DNA from: Octopus sinensis
Lineage: Eukaryota
NCBI RefSeq assembly: GCF_006345805.1
Contig: NC_043012.1
Location: 7,626,001 to 7,690,000, forward strand
Length of the DNA stretch: 64,000 nt
Direction: 5' to 3'
Shown here: piece after piece, positions 40,207 to 51,880 of the stretch
How the letters are laid out: each line of letters opens with the position of its first letter
How positions within the stretch are numbered: position 1 is the first letter of the stretch
Program-made: the position numbers and the translations under genes
Notes under the pieces: model-generated
Database searches by the model: none
The model's input: only the letters and a program-made list of their open reading frames with translations
What the model was told of the DNA's origin: nothing

Positions 40207-41909
40207 ATGCGATGGATAAATATTACATTTGACAGAAATATCTGAAGGCTAAGGTGTTAGTCTAGATCACATTAAAAGAGAAAAGTTTGTATCATTGAAC
40301 CAGAGGCAGTTTCAAGTAGGTTGGTGTTAGAATGGTTAATTTGGGCTGCTTATTGCTTTAAAATTTAATTTTTAAATATAACACTCAGCATAGCATATTA
40401 ATTTATCACCTAAATAAATTAGAATCAACCGGCAGACAATTCTTTTTTTATCATGCAAATTTCTAACAGTTCTCTGCTGGTTTTGAAACTTTAATGCTAA
40501 TTTTTATGAAATTGACCTGGCAACTTTGCTTATAATGGCAGCACAGTTGTCTAAGAAAAGACAATTTCCAACTATGATCCAGCAATGGGACTTGAGTAAA
40601 CACTCCAACATCAAACTCCAATCGCATTGTTGTTGATCATCACATTCTACGATAGGCTCCTTAATTAACCCTTTTAATGTAGACCCATCTCAAACTTCTG
40701 GTTCTTTGTTTTGCAATTCTGGCAGAATTATTAGCATGCTGCACAAAATGCTAAGTGGCATTTTGTCCGTCTTTATGTTCTGAGTTCAAACTCCGAGGTC
40801 CACTTTGCTTTCGCCCTTTTGGGGTCCATAAGATAAGTACCAGTTGAGCACTGGTGTTGATGTAATCAACTTACCCCTCCTATGAAATTGCAGGCCTTGT
40901 GTCAATATTTTAAACCAATTTTATATAAGAACAAATGACGGTATGGCTGTGTGATTAAGAATTTCCCTTTCCAGCCATGTGATTTCAGGTACAGTCTCAC
41001 TGCACAGCACCTTGAGCAAATGTCTTCTATCTATTTATACCCTCAGACTGGCTAAAACTTTGCAAATGGATGTGTAAAGAAACCCATCCTGTATATATTT
41101 GTGCATATATTTGTATATCTTTGTTTTGACATCACAGAGTAGTTGCACATGGATATCACCCTCATACAAGCAGTGTCATTCGTTGTCAATCTTCTCTGAA
41201 AATATGATTGGCCATGGGGAAATATTACCTTGCTTGCAAACAGGTGAGGGTTCACAACTGGAAGGGCATTTGGTTGTAGAAAATATACAACAAATTTTCC
41301 TATTTATTTTTTGCTTGTTTCAGACATTAAACTGTGACCACGCTGGGGCACTGCCTTAAAAGAATTTTTAGTCAAATAAATTGACTTCAGTGCTTTTTTT
41401 TTTTTTTTTTTAAATCCTGGTACTTATTCTATCAGTCTCTTTTGCTGAACTGTTGAGTTACAGGAAGGTAAACAAACCAACACCACTTGTCAAGCAGTCA
41501 TGGGAGACGAACACAGACACAAAGACACACACACAAACATACATAAATACACATATGTATATGACTGATTTCTTTCAGTTTTCCCCTATCAAATCTACTC
41601 CCAAGTCTTTGGTTTGCCCAAGTTGCCATGCCTTGGAACTGAACCTTGAACCACATGGTTGGGAAGCAAACTTCTTATCACACAGCCATGTATGATGCTT
41701 GCTAGTGATGGAAAACTAGATGTTAAAATGATAGTGATGATGTTCAGCTTTGAACACCTGGTTTCTGTGCAGGCAGTCAGACATTTTATCCGCTTGGCTA
41801 TTCTGTATTTATTTCCACATGACGAGACATGTTTTCATGGATGACTGGAAACCAACAACACCATTTGTATGATAGTGATGCTCATTTACAAGTGTCACAT
41901 GATGTCAAT

Positions 41910-41943
<34 letters not shown>

Positions 41944-41944
41944 G

Positions 41945-41981
<37 letters not shown>

Positions 41982-42853
41982 CACACACACACACACACAC
42001 ATACGCATGCAAGGATCTTCAGTTTCCATCTCAAAATCCACTTACAAGGCTTTTGTCAACCCAAGGCTACAGAAGGGGACAATTTGCCTAAGATGCTGTG
42101 TAGTGTGACTGAACCTGAAACCATGTGGTTGGGAAGCAAACTTCTTAACTACATAGCTGGGCCTCCACTTGACATGGAACAAAATGAAAAACCCCCTCTT
42201 ATTTCACATTGCCTCAAGTTCTCCAAGCTGTTAGGAATAGGTAGATGATGTGAAAAGGTTACTTTTGATAGACTGTCTTATCCAGAGATTTTTATCTTTT
42301 ATCCATTTTAACACCTTGGCACCTGATCAAAGCACCAGCTCCTTGAGCTTTATAAGACATTTAGAATTTTTACCTTTTCTGGTTTTTACAATCTCGTGTG
42401 TATCTTTGTCTTTTGCCTCATTTTCACTCTCTTCACTTTCTTTCCTCTCTTAATTCTCCACTCACTGATGGGTTGCAGTGATATTTTGGACAACCATCAT
42501 TCACTGACACCCATTAGCAACTGAATATATCAATTTAACAAACTATATATATATGATCAATTCACAAATAAAAGGAAGAAAATAGCTTTTACATACAAAG
42601 TGGAATTATATATATATATATATATATATGTAACATCCCTGATGTTAGAGAAAAGTTGCAATCCTGAAAATCTTGCTGTTGGCTGGTTTTCCATAACATG
42701 AAATGTATTTTCTTATTCACTTCCATGTTAGATAAGAAGTCAAAGAGAGAAAAATACCATATTCCGTTATGGCACTTGAGGTTGATGCATAATTTCATGA
42801 ACCCATTGTTTTCATAATGTAGAGGGATACCTTGTATGTGCATGTTCATTATC

Positions 42854-42892
<39 letters not shown>

Positions 42893-42896
<4 letters not shown>

Positions 42897-43152
42897 ATAT
42901 TTCGGAATGGTCATATTGCCAGTTTAGCCAATAAAAACACACGCACTATATATTTGGTGTTATTTTGCTTCAGTGATATTTATTTTTTACATTAATCTTA
43001 ATCTTATTTCGGCCAAAGTTCTTTCGTCACACTCCTGTGACCGCATCAGTGGTCCTTTGTTTTCTTCTCACTTACTTGTGTCTCTCCTTACTAACCGTCA
43101 GCCATTTTATATTTCTATTGTATGTCTTCATTGCACAACAAATATTTAAACG
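42893..43152 (-). mobile_element. Short hammerhead-bearing element (H2) between (TA)n tracts
   Basis: Minus strand 43052-43013: CCA-CTGATGC-G-GTCACA-GGAG-TGTGAC-GAAAG-AA-CT-T-TGG; one core deviation (A9 to C). Confidence 0.6.
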
Positions 43153-43173
43153 TATATATATATATATATATAT

Positions 43174-43475
43174 ATATATTAATAAAAGGAATTCCAACCT
43201 TGTCTGATTTTCATGTTTTATTTACAATCTTATAATGATATATTATAAGATAATATAATATAATAGAATAAAATAAAATAAAATAGTAGAATGTTAAATG
43301 TTCATTCTGATTGAACTAGTATTTTCATGCATTAAATTCTGCAATCATCAGGTTCCTGTAGTAGTGGTGACAGTCATGTTTCACAATTTTTGACTGTCAA
43401 TAATAATATATCATTATAAGATTATAAATAAAACGTGAAAATCAGACAAGGTTGGAATTCCTTTTATTAATATAT
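43174..43475 (-). mobile_element. Element with 73-bp terminal inverted repeats enclosing a hammerhead-like motif (H3)
   Basis: IR 43174-43246 / 43403-43475 with two mismatches; minus strand 43355-43313 GAAC-CTGATGA-TTGCA-GAATTTAA-TGCAT-GAAA-ATAC-TA-GTTC. Confidence 0.7.
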
Positions 43476-43789
43476 TCTACTATACACAATCACACACACC
43501 CATATATATATATATATATATATATATATGGAGAGTTTGAGTTATTGCTAGATTGTGGTGTAGAGGAAATATTAATATATACAAGTGTTTTGATAGAATT
43601 GTATAGATGTATTCATAGATTGCGTATTTTTTCAAATGGTGGGTTCAGTCATCATCATCATCATCGTTTAACATCCGCTTTCCATGCTGGCATGGGTTGG
43701 ACGATTTGAGTGAGGACTGGCTAACCAGATGGCTGCACCAGGCTCTAATCTGATCTGGTAGAGTTTCTACAGCTGGATGCCCTTCCTAA

Positions 43790-44320
43790 TGCTGGCAGAA
43801 TCAGTAGCATACTGGACAAACATCCACCTTGGAAGTTCTGAGTTCAAATTCTACTGTGGTCGACTTTGCTTTTCATCCTTTCAGAGTTGATGTGATTGAC
43901 TAGTCCCCTTCACCAAAATCTCAGACCTTGTAACTATAGTAGATAGAGTTGTAGCATGCTGGATGAAGGTCCGCCTTGACGTTCTGAGTTCAAATTCTGC
44001 TGAGGTCAACTTTGCCTTTCATCCTTTCGGTGTTGATAAATTAAGTATCAGTGAAACATTAGTATCGATGTAATCAACTAGTCCCCTTCACCAAAATTTC
44101 AGACCTTGTAACTATAGTAGAAAGAGTTGTTGTTATTATTATTAAGGCAGCGACCTGGCAGAATCAGTAGCATGCTGGATGAAGGTCCGCCTTGACGTTC
44201 TGAGTTCAACTTTGCTTTTCATCCTTTCGGTGTTGATAAATTAAGTATCAGTGAAACATTAGTATCGATGTAATCAACTAGTCCCCCTCCTCCAAAATTT
44301 CAGTCCTTGTGCTTTTAGTA
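43790..44320 (+). mobile_element. Tandem array of three SINE family B units
   Basis: Units 2 and 3 are nearly identical (GTAGCATGCTGGATGAAGGTCCGCCTTGACGTTCTGAGTTCAA...). Confidence 0.85.
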
Positions 44321-44819
44321 GAAAAGTTTATTAGTTATTGGACATATTTCAGAAAACCATCTGTAGTTTGCTCAGTTGTTGTTGAGGTCTACTGAAGGTC
44401 TCTGTCCAAATTTTTGTGCATCAGTGTAAAACCATTACTAAATAAATATACAGAGCTCTGTAAAACCCAACAAGTGTGAATTAAGTATTTGTTCGAGTTT
44501 CACATGGCCAAAACAAGCATGCTCTTTACCTCCACTTATATATAACATATTCATTGTTAATGATGGAAGTAGTATTAGCTCAGAATAGAACTCATTATAT
44601 CTTACTTAGCATGGATATACTGTAGAAAGCCAAAAAAAAAAAACTATGGCATTTCTAAAACCTACGGAAGCATATCAGTAGCAGGTGAAAAGTGTTCAGC
44701 AGTGGTTGTGTAATTGTTAGATCCAGATATTCTTTTATCTATTTCAGTCATTTGATTGTGGCCATGCTGGAGCACCACATTTAGTCGAACAAATCGATCC
44801 CAGGATATGTTCTTTGTAA

Positions 44820-45095
44820 TACAGTTCTGTATTTAAGAGATGAGGAATTATGTACATCATTTACAATTGACGGATATTTGTCCCCAAGATTCCGAGTTCG
44901 ATTCCAGGCAGTGACCTGAATAATAATAATAATAATAATAATGATAACAACATCGTAAAATACCTTAGGAATGAGAACCCAGGTTCGAAATTTCCCTAAG
45001 ACACCTGATGAAGGCTGGAGGGTATATCAGCTGAAACGTGTTAACAACAAACAAGATGAGGACAAATATCCGTCAATTGTAAATAAATGTAAATA
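44820..45095 (+). mobile_element. Insertion with B-box, hammerhead-like motif and inverted end (H4), inside a SINE A (44735-45352, minus strand)
   Basis: 10-bp TSD TTCTTTGTAA (44810-44819 / 45096-45105); 25-bp perfect IR 44859-44883 / 45060-45084; GTTCGATTCC at 44896-44905; ACAC-CTGATGA-A-GGCTG...CAGCT-GAAAC-GTGT at 45001-45041. Confidence 0.8.
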
Positions 45096-46111
45096 TTCTT
45101 TGTAAGCCTAGTACTTATTCTGTTGGTCTCTTTTGCCGAACCACTAAGTTACAGGGGCATAACACATAAGTTGGGGGATAAACACACACACATATATAGA
45201 CAGGCTTCTTTCATTTTCCGTCTCCCAAATCCACTCACAAGGCTTTGGTCAGCCCGAGGCTATAGAAGAAGACAGTTGCCCATGGTGCCACACAGTGGGA
45301 CTGAACCCAGAGCCATGTGGTTCGTAAGCAAGCTACTTACCACTCAGCCACATAATTTTTTTTTTTTTTTTTTTTTTGTTCTTTCATTTATTCAAAACAT
45401 ATTCTTGTTTCCTAGCAAAGCTGCTGCAACTGCAGTGTGAAGTACTCTGAGTAGTGACTCATGCATATGAGGCTTTGCATCAATATTGCTATTGTACTCT
45501 ATCCAGAATTATTGAGTACCCTTTTTTTATGTAGTTTACACAAGTGTGAAATTACCACACTTTATTTGTGTGTATTTGTAGTGTAACATATGTTTGAAAT
45601 GTTGAAATTTCAAACATATAACATAACAAGCAAGTTTGAATTAGGGGTAAAAAAACTCAAAGAAGTTACATTGTATTTTTTACTAAGAAACAGAAAGCTG
45701 GCATCTGAAGTATTCAAGAGATAGATGAACACAGATAGCCATACATATAGATGAGAGACAGCAGGGGACACACAGCAAGACTTTAAACTGGACACCAACA
45801 GATTTATTGTGAAGATTAAAAACCAATCAGTAATTTACACCAAAAATTCTGTCGTTAAATCAATTCGAAATAACTAACTTGACTTTGTAGATTATTGAAA
45901 GCATCGGTCAATATTATACAGTCTGTGATGGGGTACCAATGTTACTCATTAATTCAGATAAATGATTGTATTTGAAATGATGAGATAGTGAGCTGGTGTA
46001 GAATGAAGCTAACAAACCACTAATAAGTACTACAATATAATATGAGGGACCAGAGAAGTGATGAGGGAGTCTGGAGTGCCTGTCTTAAAGTGGCATCTCA
46101 CCAGTTTGTCT

Positions 46112-46603
46112 TAACCATTTAGCATTCAGATTACTGTGTGAAATGCAATGTTAATTTATTCACATTGTTTTGAATTAATCATACATATTGAAGGTGGTGC
46201 CCCAGCATGACCGCAGTCTAATGACTGAAACAATTAAAAGGTATCTTGTAGCTTTGAAGGCAGTGAGCTAGCAGAACTGTTAGCACGCCAGGCAAAATGC
46301 TTGGTGGTATTTCGTCTGATTTACGTTGTGAGTTCAAATTCCACCGAAGTCGTCTTTGCCGTTCATCTTTTCAGGGTTGATAAATTAAGTATCAGTTGTG
46401 TACTGGAGGTGATCTGATCAAATGTTTCGAGCCTTGTGCCTAGAGTAGAAAAGATTATCTTGTAGCTTTGAGATTCTAGTGATGTGATAGTTTATTTTTA
46501 GAATGACATTGTGGGGTAAGTGTGAGAGACCAGTTCTGGTCAGTCTGAGTATAAAACAGAATGTTTGGGTTGGATATGGCCTGTTTAAATGCTGAAGGGT
46601 TAA
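46112..46603. mobile_element. piggyBac-type MITE carrying nested SINE fragments
   Basis: TTAACCATTTAGCATT ... AATGCTGAAGGGTTAA. Confidence 0.75.
46258..46455 (+). mobile_element. SINE family B, complete copy with 16-bp TSD
   Basis: TATCTTGTAGCTTTGA at 46242-46257 and 46456-46471; head GGCAGTGAGCTAGCAGAA and B-box-like GAGTTCAAATTCC. Confidence 0.9.
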
Positions 46604-47490
46604 AGAGTAGAAACCACAGTAGTAGTAGTAGTAGTAGGAGTAGTAGAAACAGATGTGACATAGCATAATTGTGAATCTTTAAAGGTGCTTGTGACTACAT
46701 GCTAATCAAAATAGTCTTTGTCTGCATTTAGTCTAGAATGTGTGTGTGGAAGTAGTTTTCTGTTGTGGGTTTCACTTGAGCTGTTCCTGGGAGATGAAGA
46801 CTTTATTGGCTCTAAAGTGAAAGGCCAGTCTTTTGTTATGACAGCGATGTTGGTGATGATGACAATAGCAATCAATGCTCAGCCTCACTCTTTAGCTATC
46901 ATTCAACTGACATTATCCACACATACTCACCACTGATGTAGTCTTCTCTATTGAACTACTGTTTAAAACTTTGCTTTGTCTAAAAGCTATGGGCTGGAGA
47001 TTTTCTTTGTTCAACTGTTTGTTAGCCTGGTTTCTGCATGTTGTAAGAGGCAAATAAAAGGGTTGGTTATAAGAAGGGCATCTGGCTGTAACACAATGCT
47101 TCAGAAAAATTATCCGTAGTTCAAATTTACAGAAAGCAAAAGACAGATAGGTGAGGGGACAACAAGCAGGTGTATTAGTTTGATGCTCAGGAAGAACGGA
47201 AAAGTCCTCAACATTTTGAGCCTATGCTCTTTGACAGAAAGGATTGAGAGGAAAAAAATTGGAGAGAGAGAATGAAGAAAAGAAAAACAAAATGTGTAGG
47301 GATTAAGAGTTCAACATGATGAAATAATCCATGTCAGCATGGAATACTGACTGTAAAATACTTGATAATGATAGCTGATATCCATGAATATATCATGGAA
47401 ATTTATCCTGCTTTTTTTTATATTTTATTCCAATTTTTTTCCCTATGTTAAATTCCTTCTATAACAATGTTTCTTTTTTCTTCTCTTCAG

Positions 47491-47544
47491 TTTCTTCATA
47501 AAAACCTACCAGCCCAACCAGAGAACCTCAGGCCAAAACATCCG
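47491..47544 (+). other. Candidate 54-bp internal exon
   Basis: Polypyrimidine acceptor TTTCTTTTTTCTTCTCTTCAG| and donor CCG|GTTAGT; length is a multiple of 3; open in two frames (FLHKNLPAQPENLRPKHP or FFIKTYQPNQRTSGQNI); product not recognised. Confidence 0.3.
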
Positions 47545-49198
47545 GTTAGTTCAGTGATGGATATCACTTCTTTATATCTTTCTTTTATAAATGAGAACCA
47601 TGAGGATTTGGATAAGAACTATGCAGGGAAAGTCTTTGAAGGGGTGTTTCACCAATGAGGACTATGATGTGGTTTTCATAAACTTGAGGTCAAAAGCACT
47701 GATCTCATATAAAACACCCATGCTGGTGCCATGTAACAAGCACTCAATACACTCTGCAAAGTGGCTGGCATTAGGAAGATGGAGCCTGTTATGGTTCTTG
47801 ACCTTACCAGCTCCAGTCAAACCATCCAACCCATGCCAGCATGGAAAATGGATGTTAATGATGATGATGATGATGATGATGATGTTTTCCCACTGCTCTT
47901 GGAGACTTTGTTGTAGTATTTCTATATATGTATGTCAGTTACCAGCATTATGTATTTTTCAGAACTGATGCTATTTTTTCATGTTTGTAAAGATGTCTAT
48001 GTATGTCTGTACACGTGTGTGTGTGTCTGTGTATTTGGTTATGTAAGATGCCTTACTCTGTGTCTCTGTCTCCCCCCTCTCTTTTGCTTGTGTATTTTCA
48101 ATATAACTAAATGAAATATTACTTTTATGCAATTTTTAAAATTCATGCTTAGAGCAGTTGCTGTTTTTTGGGAGTTTTTTTCCCTTTGCAAATTTACTTC
48201 CATCTGTTTTACTAACACACGCATGAACTCACATAAATGCTAACATAGCTTTCACACGCACGCATCTGCACACAATGTATTCTTTTCTCCTTTTTCTTGC
48301 AGACTCTTTTTAACAAGTACAAGTCCTTTCCTCACATATTTTCATCTCTCCCTCCCATTCTCTTTCTCCCCTCTGCCCTTCTTCTCCTTCTTTCAACCTC
48401 ATCCTCTTCCTCTCCTACTCCTCCCTTACCCATCCTGACTTTCTCCTCTGCCCTACACTGTTGTCGCCAACTACTTGTGCAAATTGTAGATGTAAAACTA
48501 GACTTTATGATGTCACTACCACTGCCTCCTACCCCTGACACCTTTAAACTTTTGAAGTTTCCTCCCCACCGCCAGAAATGTTTTAGCTAAAAGCTGAATC
48601 TGTATTCACGGAACCATTTCATTCCATTAGCCCCACACTCCACTGGTTCCCTGAGAACTTACCAATTGTGCCACATCAAATAATTTTAAGGATTACAATT
48701 GATTCTCACTCAACATTTTAGCCAACTCTGGTCAGCTGAAGTCCAGACTTGCTTTCAGTTTGAATCAAACCAACTTATGTTCAAAAGCACTCCAGCCTTG
48801 ACCATCCCATCATTTTTATTCAGACAGTATATCTAAAGTTACATTACTATTAGCCTATATCAGCTTTTCTTTTTGTTTTTATGATGATAGGATGTGATTA
48901 TGAGTGAGATTTGGCTGTTATTTCTAGTGAGTTGAGAGCACATAGACGTTCTTTCTTCAATGATTTATTTCATGATTAAGTGTATGGGTTTTCTAGATCC
49001 TTAATTTTGTGTTTTTGTGCTTCTAACCATCTTCCTCTTATCAGATCACAGACCATCTTTTAAGTACCATATTGTCTACGTATATGTATCATGTTCTATG
49101 GCACAGTTTGAACTTATATATAAAAACCCAATGTTTTTTTCATGTTTGTAAAGATATTTATGTATGTCCGAGTGTGTATGTGTGTGTTTACATATATA

Positions 49199-50422
49199 CA
49201 GGGGTTGGACAAAATAATGGAAACACCTTAAAATTTCAAACAAATTTATTTTAATACGGGGTAGGACTGCTTTTGGCAGTAATTGCAGTTTGAATTCTAC
49301 AAGGTATGGACTCATACAAAGTTTGAATTGTTTCCAAAGGAATTTTTGTCCATTCTCCGGCTAAAACAGTCTCCAGTTCTTGTGGTGATGATGGTGGAGG
49401 ATATTGACTCCTTACTTGTTTTTCTAAAATGCGCCATAAATGTTCAATGGTATTGAGATCTGGGGACTATGGTGGCCAAATAAGATTAGAATGTTCTTCG
49501 TGCCATTCACTAACAACTTTAGTTGTGTGAATTGGTGCATTATCATCCTGAAAGATTGCATTTCCCTCCAGAAACAATTCCACAACTATAGGATGAATTT
49601 CATCTGATAAAATGCTTAAATAGTCTTGACTGTTAATTCTGCCATGAAAGGAAACCATTGGGCTGGCTGATTTCCAAGATATAGCCATCACAGATCCTCT
49701 ATGTTTAACACTTGGAAGAAGGCAGTCTGGGTCAAATGCTTCTTTTGACAGTCTCTACATGAATACTCAGCTGGTGGTCAGAAATAAGATAAAAAAGATT
49801 ACTTGTCCAAGAAATTAACATTCTTCCACTGCTCTAGGGACCAATTCTGTAGGTTTTTACTCCACTCTAAACACTTTGCAGCGTTTGTTTTTGAAAGTAG
49901 TAGTTTTCTGATTGCAGCCCTCCCGTGTGAAGCTCCTGGTGAACAGTTTTTGTGGAAACTGGGTTCTTGAGGTGCAGTAATTTTGGGAGCTGTACTTTTG
50001 TGATCCTTTCTAACAATTTGAGTAAGAGTCCGACAGTCCCTATCTGAAAGTTTTGGTTTTCTTGCAGCGTTTTGTTTTGACGAGGAGGTTTTCCCTCTTT
50101 CTCAAAGGCTGTCTCATAACTTTCGAGACAGTACTTCTTGCTACACCAAACATTTCAGCTGTTTTCATTATGCTGCGCCTGCCAAATGACCACCAACAAT
50201 TTGACCTCTTTGAAAGTCCAATAGATCTGTCGTTTTAGCGAATTTTAATTAACTTTTGCTGACGATATCTGAAAAGAAAGAGCAATTTTAGTAAAACATA
50301 TTAAGCAACACTAACGATAAATCAAAAAACAAATATAAACAGGCTTTTGACAGTTTTATAGATATTTCAAAATTATGATACTGTGATGCTAGGCGTTTCC
50401 ATTATTTTTTGTCCAACCCCTG
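49199..50422 (-). mobile_element. Tc1/mariner (Tc1 type) DNA transposon, full-length, transposase inactivated
   Basis: TIRs CAGGGGTTGGACAAAATAATGGAAACACCT / AGGCGTTTCCATTATTTTTTGTCCAACCCCTG with left TA; peptides DFQRGQIVG, FQDDNAPIH, WPP*SPDLNTIEHLW, PTPY*. Confidence 0.92.
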
Positions 50423-50460
50423 TGTATGTGCAATATATATATACATGTATGTGTATATAT

Positions 50461-50599
50461 GGCGCAGGAGTGGCTGTGTGGTAAGTAGCTTGCTAACCAG
50501 CCACATGGTTCCAGTGTCTTCTGCTATAGCCCCGGGCCGACCAATGCCTTGTGAGTTGATTTGGTAGACGAAAACTGAAAGAAGCTTGTCGTATATATG

Positions 50600-50630
<31 letters not shown>

Positions 50631-50832
50631 TTGTCCCCCTAGCATTGCTTGACAACCGATGCTGGTGTGTTTACGTCCCAGTCACTTAGCGGTTCAGCAA
50701 AAGAGATTGATGGAATAAGTACTGGGCTTACAAAGAATAAGTCCTGGGGTCGATTTGCTCGACTAAAGGTGGTGCTCCAGCATGGCCGCAGTCAAATGAC
50801 TGAAACAAGTAAAAGAGTAAAGAGTAAAAGAG
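50461..50832 (+). mobile_element. SINE family A with an internal deletion in the head
   Basis: Colinear with the consensus apart from the deletion. Confidence 0.9.
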
Positions 50833-51199
50833 TATATATATATATGTATATATATATATATACACACACACACATACATATGTGTGCATGTGTGTGTACT
50901 TGTGTATGTAACTTTTGTCTGCATATTTCTCTCATGTTCTTTGACACAGTTTGAACTCGCAGACTTAATTCCTGATGTAAATATAATTGTTCACATCAAA
51001 GTGTGTGTGATATGTATTTTCATATGTGGGTCTGTTCGATTAATATGTTGACATTTCTGTGTGTTCTGCATGTGTGTGTGTGTGTATTTATATTTTTATG
51101 TGTTCCATGAGTGGGAATGGGACTCAAAGTGTCTTTATAAGTGGCTGCTTATTTCAATGATTATGCACTTATGTGTGTGACATTTGTACTTTTTTTACT

Positions 51200-51880
51200 T
51201 TTCATTTGTTTCAGTCATTAGACTGCACCCATGCTGGGGCACCGCCTTGCAGAATTTTAGTTGAATGAATCAACTCCAGTTCTTATTTTTTTTATCCTTT
51301 TAAGCTTGGTACTTATTCTATCGATCTGTTTTGCCAAGCCACTAAGTTACAAGAATGTAATCACACCTACACCTGTTGTCGAGTGATACTGAGGAACAAA
51401 CAAAAACACACACTCACAGAAGCATATAAAGGATGATCTCAAGACATTGAGCCTTACAAAGGAGATGACAAAGGACTGAGATATCTGGTACCTTGCTGCA
51501 CTCAAGACAACCCGTCCATTACAGCAGAACTGGTGCCACATAAAAAGCACCCAATACACTCTGTGGGGTGGTTGACATTAGGTAGGGCATCCAACCATAG
51601 AAACCATGCCAGATAAGATAATGGAGCCTGGTGTGGGTCCTGGCCTTAGCAGCTCCAGTCAAACCATCCAATCCATGCCAGCATGGAAAACAGACACTGA
51701 ATGATGATGATAAATATTTACATTGGACTGCTTTTGGTTTCCATCTCCCAAATCCACTTACAAGGCTTTGTTCGGCCTGAGTCTATAGCAGAAGACACTT
51801 GTCCAAGGTGCCACTCAGTGGACTGAACCCCAAATCTCGAAATTGGAAAGCAAACTTCTTAGCCAAACAGCCATACTTGT
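51200..51880 (-). mobile_element. Diverged SINE A with a nested family C element (~51420-51710, plus strand)
   Basis: The two A halves flank a GGGCATCC...CCATGCCAGCATGGAAAA...GATGATGAT element. Confidence 0.7.
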
